DNA of 64,000 bases from Centroscyllium fabricii (lineage: Eukaryota): contig JBNRSN020000002.1 in assembly GCA_051313645.2 (NCBI GenBank), positions 205,964,001 through 206,028,000 on the forward strand, read 5' to 3'. The position numbers and the translations under genes are program-made. A model generated the notes under the pieces. That model worked only from the letters and a program-made list of their open reading frames with translations. It made no database searches and was not told the DNA's origin. Below are positions 36,210 to 49,475 of the stretch, in pieces (within the stretch, counting starts at the first letter, position 1; every line of letters starts with the position of its first letter).

Positions 36210-37570
36210 GTTGTGCAGGAATCATGGACTGAGTCTGACCACGCTGGAGTACCTGGAGCTAAAAGCTAGTCATTTTTCCCCAGCAACAGAGCTAGACACA
36301 GCCTGTTGTTTCAAACAGTGAATGTACCCACAGCTCCAGGCAAGAGCGTTGAATATGCGTGGGAGGGCCAGCCAACAGGCTGGCTAAAACAAAAGACACT
36401 TAATGGGATAACGATCAGCGTTTATTTTGGGCCAAACATCAAAACAAGTCACTTCAATTCAACCACAGACATACCAGTGTTCAGGTACAGAGCACACAAA
36501 GCCAGGCCGTAAATAAGGCCATTAGTGGGAGATCGACCGTTTTAAAGTCGTTTTACATGAAGTACCAACTTTTGTTACACAGTAGCCCGCCAAAATTAAA
36601 CAAAAAACTGACCTGATTTCGATGCCAAGATAAGGCACTGTTCAAAGAATATAACAGGGGAATGACAGTGAATGGAAACAACAGCTTGAGACATTTTGGA
36701 TTGCTTGCAGATGGGCAACCGAAGAAAGTTCGTGCTCTGGTCCATGCGCAGGCACGACCCCGGTCCGTACTGTAGTCCGCACTTTTCCCTGGCCATCGCC
36801 CATGCCATACCATGAGGCCGGGACCCAACTGGGGCCAGGTACTAAACGAGACAGTGAGAACACCTCAGTATGGACCGGAGCAAGAGTAGGCCTTGCCCAA
36901 GAAAAGGGAGTGACGGATTTGTTGCTCCAAACTGGTGGCTGTCCACGAGAATTAAATTCGATAAGCCGGTGTCTGGGGTGGCTGGGGTAAGCTTCGAATG
37001 ATCGGGCCCCCAGCACTCATTCGCCAGAAGAAGTTCCATCAGCTCGGATGAAGAAGAAGATCCATCGCCTCAGCAGCCATGAGACCACAAGGCGTTCAAC
37101 CCTGAGGGACGAGTAGTTGTTTGGCATGTACGCACTGCAGTTCTGCTGACCATGTGAGGACGGAACGCCTGAAAGACCAGAGCCAAAACTCAAAACCTTG
37201 TTTTATTAATAGTGGTGAGCATGAATTCTGACCCTTGGTAGTTGACCGAGGTTAGGTATAGGTATAGCTGGGGTGGGAATTAAGGTTAAGGGATTGCTAA
37301 AACTGTCATTTATATCACTCGATGTGTCGTGTGCTTCCCAAACCTGTACCAATGTACAGCGATTGAATTGTTTTTACCTGTAGTGTGCTATCAATAATTT
37401 TCTTTTCAATAAAACCTTTAAGTTTGTTTGACTCACTCAAGTTGTTTGTCTACCTGTGTTCTTGCACCATCAGTGGTCTGGCAATAAGCCCAGTGTCCAG
37501 AATCAGGAGGGGGAGTGGGAGCGCGTCGAAACCGCTCACGGGCAGGTACGAGCCAAACCGACCTCGCACA
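36210..37570 (+). repeat. Long (~1.35 kb) LTR-like repeat
   Basis: Homologous to 4954-5902; AATAAA near 37408; ends CTCGCACA; no TSD found. Confidence 0.5.
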
Positions 37571-38706
37571 CCACCCAGCCAAACCCCCTGCAGTTCATTG
37601 TTCTGCTTCTCTTCTGAGATGGAGGTGAGAAGTGTTTTTGCATTTTAGAATGGATTTTCTAATCAAGTTCAATGGCCCACTTCTCTTTTCCAGGACTGTT
37701 GGGCGAGCCCATGCATACTGGATGAGTTTTGTTGTCACAGCCAACTGCCATGCGCTCTCTGGAGTGTTTACCAAAAGCAGTCTTTCAATTATTTGCACAG
37801 GGCAATCCCATAACAGGGGCAATACCCTCAGAAAAATCCCATAAAGTCCACAGAAAAATATTCTTGACAGAATCCATTCTTCAGAGACTTTGTGATCGCT
37901 TCACACCCATCCCCGCCCTCAGCAGGAGTTCCCAAAATGTGATCTTTGGGGTGTAGATCTGATGTTTCCTAGTCCCACTGGATTTTCTAACCTTGCCTGT
38001 AAGCTTCCACCCCTTTTATGCTGGCACTTCACCCAGGGTCATGAGGCGATTTATCTGCCTGTTCTTGTTGTTCAGCTGGATTTTAAAGTTCCAATTGGCA
38101 CTTTGAAGAAGAGTTGGGAGTTCTCCTCTTGCAACCAAAAAGCAACTGGTAATTCATCCAGCTGCTGTTTGTGGGATATTGCTGTGTGCAAACTGACTGT
38201 GGTGTTTTCCGACATAATGATAGTCCACTTTAAAATAATTAATTGTAAATGATGTGTTTCAAGATGGGATAAGATCCTGTATGAATGCAGGTCCTTTCTG
38301 TTGAAATGTATTTATTTTTGCTCCTTGATTCCCAATCTGTAAAAGTGCTCATGACAATAAGTCCAAAAATGTCAGTACTTGCGCAGATGTCAAAGTGGCA
38401 AACAAGGAAGTCACTATGTGGATGTCTGCTTCCAAATTTCAATGCGGAATCTTTATAAAATGCTGCGGTGCAAATTGTATGGTCAGTTTACACCTGTCTT
38501 TTGTGAGAAAATTAGATATAACTTTGTATAATAAAGAAAGATAGAAATAATTTGTATTTTTATAGTGCCATAAACAATTTCAACATATTTATTAATGTTT
38601 TGGATGAAGGAATAGAGGATTGTATATCCAAATTTGCAGATGACATCACGTTAGGAGGCACAGTAAGTGTTTGCATGGAAGCAGAAAGTTACAAAAGGGA
38701 CATAGA

Positions 38707-39517
38707 GTGGGGGAATTTCCTCAGTCTGTGAAGGTGGCTTTCCGGCAGGGTGGGGCCTAATATTGCAGAACCAGGGGTTCCCGACCCCCCCCCCCCACCG
38801 CCCTCAGATCGCTGCCGGCTTGTAGGTTTCGGGCAGCGTGACCCGCCGTCCCGAATCTTTCCCACCCGCCTCCGGCGGAGATGCTCGTTGAGGTAATTGA
38901 GGGCCCTGAATTGGACTGGATAATGCCATTTTAAGGGCCTGCGCCTATTTTAAACCCCTTCCCACCCAAACCTCGCCATCCTGAAACACCGCCGGTGAAA
39001 CCCAGCGGGAGCACAGTGGCCTTGGTCACTTTCACCTTCAAGGCATTGAAGGACCTAGAGCAGAATGCTTTTCAGGCCTTCAACACCCTGGAGGTGTAAG
39101 TGACTCCCTTTTCTGAGGGCCATCTGTGCAGAAAAAACTTTAAAAACTTACCGTGACAGATGGATTGAGAGATGCTCCCTAACTGTCAAAGAGTTGCAGC
39201 CCGACCGTCCACCTTTCACTCAAACAACTTGGCTGTTGCGATTGGTTGTACCCCATTGTGATGTCACAATGGAATGTTTCCATGGCAACTGTCAACTGAC
39301 AGTCCCTAAAACTGTCTGTCAAAGTCCTCGCCCCCCGCTGCAGCGCCTTGATTGCCGACTCGAGTCAGGCAATTGCAAGTAGCTCCTCGCACACGGTGAT
39401 TTAGTTGACCAATTTATGGAAAATTGCGTTGGGTTTCCAGGCCCTTGGGCGGGCGGGACAGAAACCCGACCTGACCAATCCCCACCAGGTCCCTGCACCT
39501 TCGGGGAAATCATCCCC
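38707..39517. mobile_element. PIF/Harbinger-like MITE inserted in a CR1 RT fragment (38575-38706 and 39518-39553)
   Basis: G-rich TIRs, 3-bp TSD AGA, inverted homolog of 8904-9710. The flanks encode SKFADD and continue across the insertion. Confidence 0.7.
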
Positions 39518-39660
39518 AGAGAGACTAACTGAGTGGGAAAAACAGTGGCACATGGGGCTAAAAATTCGGGGCTTAATGCCACCCGTTACTAGCAAAAAAT
39601 GGCAAAAGAGCAGCGGTTGCTACTCTTTCACCAGCTGGTGGCGGGTCCTGTGGTGTTCTC

Positions 39661-41634
39661 TGTGGTGTATGTGAGTAGGTTGTGATGGACAGTCTGTGAG
39701 CCAATGGCAATGCCGCTGTATCAGCCTGTGAGCCAATGGCATAGCAGCTGGACCGGGACTTGTATGTGTAGTGGAAGGATACAGTAGTGCAGCGTTAGGG
39801 CACTGTGAATATAAGGCAGTGCTCTCGAACGTATCACTGTGCTTCCCTGGATGATCGATAATAAAGCAGTGTTTACTAAGCTCTCTGGACTGGTCTCTCA
39901 TTTGTCTCACATACACCTTGAGGATTGGAATTAAGAATACGTAAGAGCGAAGACGCAGAGACGTATCATTGGCGATGAGATAGCGGAGTATTTGAACCTA
40001 CACGACTTTCAGAAAAAGTCTGAAGATTTAAAAATTCGAAGAAGAAACACCCAGAAGAAAAAGAAGGATCAGCCTGGAAGTGACTTGCTTTAAAAACGGC
40101 TGGAGACAAAAATGGGAGAGCAGCAGACAGAGACAAGCTTGGAAAACAGGTTAGCAGAAACAGGCAGCCTGAGGCAGAGAGAGACAAGCTTTCCAGGACA
40201 GAAACCGACGCCACTGTAATGACACAGGGTGAGTCAGGAAGCCCCCGGTGGTTTAGTAAGGGGTACACTGTGTCTAGGGGTGGAGAAGGCCACTGCTGGG
40301 GGCATAGTGACGCCAGGCCACCGTGTAGACTACGGGGAAAAGCGGCAGAAGCCTGCAAAAACGGGAGAAAGGGAGAGACCTGCAAAAACGGGAGAGAGGG
40401 GCAGAAGGAAGCCGATTTTCTTTCTTTAACTGCAGGGGAACCCAAAAGAAGGGGGAGGTAAGGGAAATAAGTGCAGAAGAAAGTCATTGTATTTTCCCTT
40501 ACCCTGAAAAAGCGTTGAAAACGGGAGCTGCAAGCATCAGAGCATCGTGGCAGGCAGCAGCCATCTTAGTAAAGGAAGAAGAGAAAAAGACGGGCGCCAT
40601 TTTGAGCATTGTCGAAGGCGGCAGCCATCTTAGTAAAGAAATAAAGCAGCCATTTTGTAAAAGTTGCAAAACGAGGCAGAAGCCATTTTGAAGGAAATCT
40701 TTAAAACGTTAGAACTTTAAAAAGCTTTGGAAAAGAAAGAAAGCTGGGAAAAAGAAAGGAAAGCTTTGAAAAAGGAAGAAAAGCTTTGAAGAATAAGAGA
40801 AAAAGTTTTGAAAAAGAGAAAAGTTTGAAAACGAAAGGAAAGTTTTGAAAACTGAAAGAAAAGATAACTGAAGACGCCGAAAGTTTTTAGAGTATCAGCA
40901 AGAAGAAATGTTAAATCAACAAGAAGAAATGTTGCAGAGCTTAAATCAGCAAGAAGAAATGTTAAGCCAACAAGAAGAAATGATGCAGAAGTTAAGCAAC
41001 CAAGGGAACACGAATACCATCATCCTAAAACCAAGATTCGAGGACTGTACATTGACACTTTTCCAATGACGGAGGAAGATCCTTATGCCGAATAACACGG
41101 CTTGGACTGAATGTACTGTAAAGTCATTGACTCTTATTAATGTGTGTAAATGTTAAAGTAAGGAGTCACTAGATAACCATGTTGTAACAAGTAAGTTTGT
41201 AGTATGTTCATGTTAGTGAATGAGCACAGAAGAATTACCTAGTAATGTAGAATAACACTGTTCTGTTGTTAAAAATGTGTAATGACAAACAAAGAGGGGT
41301 GATGTGCTCATGTAAGGGGGGAGGAGTGTGGTGTATGTGAGTAGGCTGTGATGGACAGTCTGTGAGCCAATGGCAATGCCGCTGTATCAGCCTGTGAGCC
41401 AATGGCATAGCAGCTGGACCGGGACTTGTATGTGTAGTGGAAGGATACAGTAGTGCAGCATTAGGGCACTGTGAATATAAGGCTGTGCTCTCGAACGTAT
41501 CACTGTGCTTCCCTGGATGATCGATAGTAAAGCAGTGTTTACTAAGCTCTCTGGACTGGTCTCTCATTTGTCTCACATACACCTTGAGGATTGGAATTAA
41601 GAATACGTAAGAGCGAAGACGCAGAGACGTATCA
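39661..41634 (+). mobile_element. Non-autonomous LTR retrotransposon (TRIM/LARD-like)
   Basis: Near-identical 308-bp LTRs 39661-39968 and 41327-41634, 5-bp TSD TTCTC, PBS TGGCGATGAG at 39970, PPT AAGGGGGGAGGAG. The internal 1.36 kb has no gag or pol. Confidence 0.93.
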
Positions 41635-41699
41635 TTCTCTATTTTCAACGTCCCTGTAGCACTGCTGGTAATTATTAGTGTCCTACAAAAAAAAATGAC

Positions 41700-43255
41700 A
41701 GAGTGGTAATGTCAGTCAGGAGGCTAAGGAAGAGATTGCAGGGGCTCTGACACAAATTTTCAGAACTCTCTGGCCACAGGGGATGTGCCAGAGGACTGGA
41801 GAATGGCCAATGTAGTGCCATTATTCAAGAAAGGTAGTAGGGAGAAACCAGGGAATTACAGGCCGGTGAGCCTGACATCAGTGGTGGGGAAATTACTAGA
41901 AAAAATCCTGAGGGACAAAATTAGTCTCCACTTGGAGAGGCAAGGGTTAATTAAGGATAGTCAGCATGGCTTCGTCAAGGGAAGATCGTGTCTGACTAAT
42001 TTGATTGAATTTTTTGAAGGGGTGACCAGCTGTGTGGATGACGGTAGTGCAGTGGACATGGTATACATGGATTTTAGTAAGGCTTTTGATAAGGTCCCGC
42101 ATAGGAGACTGGTAAAGAAGGTAAGAGCCCATGGGATCCAGGGCACCTTGGCACAGTGGATCCAAAACTGGCTTAGTGACAGGAGGCAGAGGGTGATGGT
42201 CGAAGCTTGTTTTTGTGACTGGAAGCCTGTGCCCAGTGAGGTATCGCAGGGATCGGTGTTGGGTCCCTTGCTGTTTGCAGTCTATATTAACGATTTAGAT
42301 ATTAATGTAAAAGGCATGATCAGTAAGTTTGCAGATGACACAAAAGTTGGGGGGTTGGTAAATACTGAGGAGGAAATCCGCAACATGCAGGATGACATAG
42401 TTGAGTTGGTCAGATGGGCAGAACAGTGGCAAATGGAATTTAATCCTGAAAAGTGTGAGGTGTTGCATTTCGGTAGGTCTAACATGGCAAGGGAATACAC
42501 CATGAATGGTAGGATGCTAGGGAAGGCAGAGTATCAGAGGGACCTTGGTGTGCAGGTACATAGGTCCCTGAAGGCAGCAGGACAGGTGGATAAGGTGGTT
42601 AAACAGGCATATGGGATACTTGCCTTCATTAGCCGAGCCATAGAATATAAGAGCAGGGAGGTTATGATGGAGCTGTACAAAACGCTGGTAAGACCACAGC
42701 TGGAGTAGTGTGTGCAGTTCTGGTCGCCACAATATAGGAAGGATGTAATAGCTTTGGAGAGGGTGCAGAGGAGATTCACCAGGATGCTGCCTGGGCTGGG
42801 GAGCCTCAGCTATGAGGAGAGGCTGGACAGGCTGGGGTTGTTTTCCTTGTAGCAGAGAAGGCTGAGGGGGGACCTGATTGAGGTATACAAAATTATATGG
42901 GGAATAGATAAGGTGGATGGAGTGGAACTTTTTCCCTTGGTTGAGGGGTCAATAACTAGGGGGCATAATTTTAGGGTAAGGGGCAGGAGGTATCATGGAG
43001 ATGTGAGGAAGAACTTTTTCACACAGAGGGTGGTTGGAGTCTGGAACCCACTGCCTGAGAGGGTGGTAGATGCGGGAACCCTCACAACATTCAAAAAGCA
43101 TTTGGATGAGCACTTGAAATGCCACAGCATACAAGGCTACGGACCAAATGCGGGAAAATGGGACTAGTATAGACTGAGATTGATGGGCAGCACGGACACG
43201 ATGGGCTGAAGGGTCTCTTTCTGTGCTGTATTATTCTATGACTCTATTACTCTAT
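41700..43255 (+). mobile_element. 5'-truncated CR1 LINE (RT and 3' end)
   Basis: ORF 41785..42708 with NYRPVSLTS, DFSKAFDKV, QGSVLGP, KFADDT; tail (TTCTATGA). Confidence 0.93.
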
Positions 43256-43967
43256 GGCATGCAATGCCAACTTAATGTCGTCACGGCCAACTTTGACCCA
43301 AACACTGAGTTAAGCACTGGGTCATAATGACACCAGGGAAACCCAGCATGCAAACAGACTGACAGAGGTGCTGTCCGCACCTCTTAAGGGAACACACACA
43401 TCTTTCATGTAAGTTTGCATTTAAAACATTGGACTTTTTTTGTTGTTGATTTTATTGAATTAGTTGTTTGCTGCAATAGTTGTTAGAAGGTTTTTAAGTG
43501 TGTCGGGAGTGCTGCTGGATGCTTGCAAGACCTCAGCTGGTAAAGGAAGGCCTCTGAGAAGACAGAAAATGCTGCAAATACTCAATAGGTCAGGCAACAT
43601 CCATGGAGAGAGAAACAGAGTTCACAGCTAAGGTCAAAAGAGCACTTCAAAACAAGTGGGAGCAGTCAGCCAGAGTGGCAGAGCACTTTAAAAAGACCGG
43701 GAGCGGAGCCAGAGCGGCAGAGCGCTTTAAAAACTACAAACAACAAGGAGTGATGTAACAGGCCAGCAGGTAGGTGATTGGTTGGTGAATATTACAGCCT
43801 TTTTTTTCTCTAAGCTAGTGGAGTGGTTTAAACTAAGAGCGGGAAAACATAATGTAGTGCATGCAGGCCTGAAGAACCACGCTGGAGACAGTGAGATTGG
43901 ATAACACTCATTTATTGCTTTACTCTGCAGGGGCCAGGTAGCGAAGAGAGTGAGCTACCTGGAACGG

Positions 43968-44076
43968 GCTTATTTAAAGGGCCCGCGGTTGGTGACGTCA
44001 CTACGGCGGAAGTCCCGGTGACGTCATCAAGCCGGAAGTCGCGGTGACGTCATCACGTCACCCGATGGGCGGGGCC
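43968..44076 (-). promoter_or_regulatory. B2 LTR U3 promoter: GC box, three CRE, two ETS sites, TATA-like box
   Basis: TGACGTCA x3 alternating with CGGAAGT x2, plus GGGCGGGG and TTTAAATA on the minus strand; AATAAA near 43910. Confidence 0.65.
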
Positions 44077-44227
44077 GTGCCCCGCAGTACTCCCGAGGCC
44101 GATTCAATGGTCTTGGTGGGTGTGTCGCCACACAGCTCCCCCCCAGAATCTGTGAGGGAGAATAAAGTAAAAATAAAAAAAAGGAGCATAAAGTTAAAAT
44201 AAAAAAAGGGAGAATAAAAGATCAGGC

Positions 44228-47200
44228 TCAGGCGAGGCGTTGAGGTGGCCGGATGATGCGGCCGGCACATGTCGTGCGCTGCTCCTTGTTCTGCGTGGGA
44301 GTGTGGGCGGGTTTTGGTGCGGTAGGGCGTCCGCGTTTTGGTGGCTGCGCGGGGACTGTTGTCTCACCCGCCATTACATGAGCCGGTTTGAGCCGGTCAA
44401 TGGAGACAGTTTCAGTTCTGTTGCCCATTTTGATTTCGAATGTCTTAGGTCCCGCCCGAAGCACTCTGTACGGTCCGTCGTACGGTGGCTGTAGTGGTGT
44501 TCGATGTGCGTCGTGGCGGACAAACACATATTCAGCGATCTTGATGCCGTCTGGAACACGTGCTGCCGGCTCTCCATGCCGGGCCACCGGTAGTGGTTTG
44601 AACGCTCCTGCCTGGTTGTTGAACTCTTTGAGGCACCGGTCAGCTGACCAGGGAGCGTTGGGTTCTGCGAGGAACTCGCCTGGCACGGTTAGGGGTTGGC
44701 CGTAGACGAGTTCCGCCGCTGAGGCGTGCAGGTCTTCCTTGGCCGCTGAGCGCAGGCCGAGCATTACCCAGGGCAGGCGGTCGGTACAGGTTGCGTCCTT
44801 CAGACTGGCCTGCAGGGAAGCTTTGATGGAGCGGTGGAACCGTTCGCAGATGCCGTTGGCCTGTGGGTGGTAGGCGGTGGTTCGGTGCAGGGTTACCCCG
44901 AGGTCGCGGGCGATGGTCGCACATAGTGTTGAGGTGAATTGGGGGCCCCTGTCTGACGTGATGTCGGTGGGTACGCCGAAACGTGCGACCCAGGTGGCGA
45001 TGAAGGCCCTGGCTAGGTCCGCGGTGGTGGTAGCGATGAGTGGGACCGCTACTGGCCAGCGGGTGCTGCGGTTGACCATTGTCATGACGTGTGTATGTCC
45101 CCGTGATGGCGGTAGTGGTCCAACCAGGTCGATGTGGACGTGGCCGAAGCGTCTAGCTGCGATGGTGAACGTTTCTAGTGGTGCCTTGATGTGTTTGTGC
45201 ACCTTGGCGCACTGGCAGGCAGTGCAGGCGTTGGTCCAGGTGCGGACATCCCTGCGCAGGCCGCGCCAGACGAAACGTGCCGAAATCAGCTTAGTGGACG
45301 CGCGGGTGCCAGGGTGGGACAGGCCATGTAGGGTCTGGAAGATGTGTCGCCTCCATGCGTGGGGGATGACGGGTCTGGGCTGCGGGAGGGAGACGTCGCA
45401 GCGGACCGCTGTGGCTGTGGGCCCGTGTGCTACAGTGGCCAAGTGCAGGCCGGGGAGGTTGGTAGCTGGGTCGAGCAGATCAGGGTCGGTCAGTTGGTCG
45501 GCCGCCAGTATGGCGTAGTCGACGGCCGTTTGTACGGAGTTGATGGTGGGGCGTGACAGGAAGTCAGCGACCACGTTGTCGCGGCCGGCGATGTGTTGTA
45601 TGTCGGTGGTAAACTCCAACACGGCCGCGAGCTGGCGCTGCTGCCTGGCCGACCAGGGTTCGGTGATCTTAGCCATTGCAGACACAAGTGGCTTGTGATC
45701 AATGAAGGCTGTAAAGTGGCGGCCCTCTAAGAGGAAGCGGAAGTGGCGCACCGCGAGGTAGAGAGCGAGTAGCTCCCTATCGAAGGTGCTGTACTTGACC
45801 TCCGGGGGCCGGAGTTGCCGGCTGAAAAAGGCCAGGGGTTGCCAGAAGTTGCCTGTCCACTGCTCGTAGAATGTTCCGACAGCATGGTCGGAGGCGTCGG
45901 TGGTGAGGGTTACTCTGGCGTTGGGCCTAGGGTGGGCTAGGAGCGTGGCGTTGGCCAGGGCGGTTTTGGTTGCGGTGAAGGCGGTGGTGGCTTCGGCCGT
46001 CCACTCGACCGCAGCCTTGTTGGACTGCCCGCGGGTGGCCTGGTAGAGGGGTGCCATGAGAGCGGCTGCTCCTGGGATGAAGCGGTTATAGAAATTAACC
46101 ATCCCGAGGAATTCCTGCAGCCCCTTGATGGAGTGCAGGCGGGGGAATTCCTGGACCGCCTGCACCTTGGAGGGCAGGGGTATGGCCCCGGTCTGGGAAA
46201 TGCGGTGGCCGAGGAAGTCGATCGTCTCGAGGCCGAACCGACATTTGGAGGGACTTAATATTAGGCCGTGTTCGGCCAGGCGTTTTGAACAGGGTCCTGA
46301 GATCGAGGAGGTGTTCCTGGGGTGAGGTGCTGGCCACGAGGATGTCGTCCAGGTAGACGAACGTGAACTGCAATTCCCATAGGACTGAGTCCATGAGGCG
46401 TTGGAAGGCCTGGGCCGCGTTTTTGAGTCCGAAGGTCATTCGGAGAAACTCGACAAGGCCGAAAGGGGTAATGATGGCTGTCTAAGGGACGTCCGCCGGG
46501 TGCACTGGTACCTGGTGGTAGCCCCGTACCAGGTCGATCTTTGAAAAGACCGTGCAGCCGGCTAGCCTTGCTGAGAAATCTTGGATGTGGGGGACGGGGT
46601 ACCTGTCTGGGGTAGTGGCGTTGTTGAGGCGGCGGTAGTATCCGCAGGGGCGCCAGCCACCGCCAGGCTTGGGGGCGATGTGGAGGGGGGAGGCCCAGGG
46701 GCTGCTGGAGCGGCGGATTATGCCGAGTTGTTTCATGATGTGGAACTCGGTACGCGCGATCTCCAGCTTGGCCGGGTCCAGCCTGCATGCGTGGGCATGG
46801 ACTGGAGGGCCTGTGGTGGTGATGTGATGCTCCACCCCATGCTTGGCCATGCGGGCTGTGAAGGTGGGGTTGGTGAGGGCTGGGAACTCCGCGAGGAGCG
46901 TGCCGTACGTGTCTGAGTTCCGGGCTCGGCAGTGGGACGCTGCGTGGGACTGATGTGCCGGCCCTGTGGAGCATGGGATGGTCGACATGTAGTGGATGTC
47001 GACCAGGCGGCGCCGGGTCACGTCGACCAGTAGGCCGTGGGCGCAGAGGAAATCCGCCCCGAGGAGGGGTAGTTTTACTTGGACTGTGATGAATTCCCAC
47101 AGGTACGTGTGGCCTGCTAGCTTGATGGTGAGCTTGCGGGTGCCGTACGTAACTATCTCGGAGCCGTTTGCGGCTTCGAGTGGTGGGCCTTGGGTGCCTT

Positions 47201-48134
47201 GCTTGGCTTCTGTGGGGGAGGCTGGCACGATGCTGTGCTGCGCGCCTGTGTCGCAGAGGAAGCGGAGGCCTGAGCCGCTGTCCGTGATGAAGAGCAGTGC
47301 TCCGGAGCGGCCTACCGACATGGTGGGGCTTGAGCTGGGCTGGGGTTTGAAGGTGCAGGGCTGGACGCAGCACTGCGCTTTAGCTTCAAATCTGGTGTGA
47401 TAGTAACACCAGCCGGGGCCTGTTGTGCGCGGCTTTTTGCGGTGTCGCGCTGGCCTGGGTTCAGACTTGGGGTCGGACCTGGTATGCGCGTGGTGGTGCT
47501 CCGGTGCCGTGGCAGCGGGCTCACACGTGGCGGAGCGGGAGCGCTCGGCCCTCATCAGCTTGTCGGCCTCCTCAGCCAGTTGCTCTCCACTGTAGTGGTA
47601 GAGGATCGTCTGAGCCGGTCTGACGGAGGGAGGCAGTTTGAGGAGGAACAAGGTGCACTTAATGGTGGCTGGGTCGCAATTCAGCGCTTCCATTTGGGCC
47701 TAGAGGTCCGATGGGTCTGCGTCCCCGAGTTCGGAGAGGTTGAGGAGCTGGCAGTCGCGCTCAAACTGGGAGGGGGTGAATTTCTTTAGCAGCGCGGCCT
47801 TAAGGAGTTCATACCTGCCTGCGGTTGGTGCATGCTGTATCGTTGGCCACATTCGGTCGATCGTGGTCTGTGATAGGGCCGCGAAGAGCAGGATGTAGCA
47901 ATCGTCCCCCTGTACATCATGGATGCGGTAGGTGTTCTCGATGCAGAGGAACCAGGCCGCTGGTCGTAGCACCCAGAACTCTGGCAGAGTTGGTTTTGTC
48001 CGGAGTTCTGGCCCAGTCTTTGAGGTCGCGCTGTTTGGCTCCCTGATGGCATGTTGGTTTTGAGTATACTGAGGCAGCTTGGCCCTCAGTCCTGCAGCAA
48101 CTGCTTCATTTTGTTCCCTTGGAAGTCGTTCCAA
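44228..48134 (-). pseudogene. gag-pol of B2 (few disruptions)
   Basis: 47700-48134 gag; 46482-47693 CHCC, LCDTGA and RT; 46095-46439 YLDD; 44228-46165 RH and IN with GPY motif. Confidence 0.92.
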
Positions 48135-48547
48135 GTATCGAGGTCACCACTGTAGTGCATGCAGGCCTGAAGAACCACGCTGGAGACAGTGAGATTGGAT
48201 AACACTCATTTATTGCTTTACTCTGCAGGGGCCAGGTAGCGAAGAGAGTGAGCTACCTGGAACGGGGTTATTTAAAGGGCCCGCGGTTGGTGACGTCACT
48301 ATGCCGGAAGTCCCGGTGATGTCATCATGCCGGAAGTCACGGTGACATCATCACGTCACCCGATGGGCGGGGCCGTGCCCCGCAGTACTCCCGAGGCGGA
48401 TTCGATGGTCTTGGTGGGCGTGTCGCCACAATAACATACTTTATCAAACTAAAAAGTTAACTTAATAAACTACTACATATAACTGTAAATAATTGTTCAA
48501 TCAATATTTTCACTAATTAAATAAATAAAATAAGATGACACTAAGAT

Positions 48548-49475
48548 ATGGCAGAGCAGGTTGTGCTTCTGGACTGCAGTATGTGGGAGCTGTGGATGAT
48601 GAGACTGTCCCGAGTGAACACATTTGCAGCAGATGTCTCTGTCTTGAATCTCTCCAACTCAGAGTCATTGAGCTAAAGTGCGAGTTGGAGACACTCTGAC
48701 ACATAAGGGAGGGAGAGGGGTATCTGGACAGTTTGCTCCAGACCTCGATCACACCTCATAAAGAGGTGCAGGTTCAGAACGGGTTTGTGTGACCACTAGT
48801 AGTCAAAGTAAGGGGAACCCAGGTAAGAAAGGGAACAAGGATGCACAGAAACTGATCCTATCCAACAGTTACAATGTACTTGCTACCTGTGAAGATAAGG
48901 ATAAAGACTGTCGGAAGGACAGCCAGAATGCAGACCATGGCACTTTGTATCAGCAAGCTGTTCTAAGGAGGGAAGAGGAGAAGAAGTGTAATGTGGTAGT
49001 TGTGGGGGATTCTATAATTAGGGAGACAGATAGCATCTTCTGTAAGCACGATTGAGAGTCCCACATTGTATGTTACCTACCTGGTTCCAGGGTGAGGGAC
49101 ATCTCAAACTGGCTTGTAAGCAGATTGGAGAGGGAGGTGGAGAATCTATTCACTGTGGTCCATGTTGGAACCAACAACATAGGGAAGAGTAGGCAAGAGA
49201 TTCTGTTTGGGGAGTACCAGGAACTAGGAGCTAAATTAAAGAACAGGACCTCAATAATCTTTTGATTATTAGCTGAGTCACATGCAAATTGGCACAGGGT
49301 TAACCTGATCAGGGAAGTGTTGTGGGAAAGAGGACTTCCATTTCATGGGGCACTGGCACCAGTATTGGGACAGGAAGGAACTGTACCACTGGGACAGGCT
49401 CCACCTGAACCGGTCTGACACCAGGGTCCTAGCGTAAAGGCTAAATAGGGTGGTCACAATGATTTTAAACCAGTA
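48548..49475 (+). pseudogene. CR1 ORF1 (zinc finger/leucine zipper and SGNH esterase), degraded
   Basis: CSRCLCLESLQLRVIELK, VVVGDSIIR, VHVGTNNI, WDRLHLN. Confidence 0.8.

Larger units (their letters stand above)
43853..48430 (-). mobile_element. Gypsy element B2, CsRn1/Kabuki clade, full length
   Basis: 280-bp LTRs 43853-44132 and 48151-48430, 4-bp TSD ATAA, tRNA-Trp-type PBS TGGTGACCTCGA at 48138-48149, PPT 44133-44146, CHCC gag motif. Confidence 0.95.

Noticed and set aside
39620-39916. Duplicated 98/137-aa minus-strand ORFs
   Set aside because: They are simply the two LTR copies read antisense.
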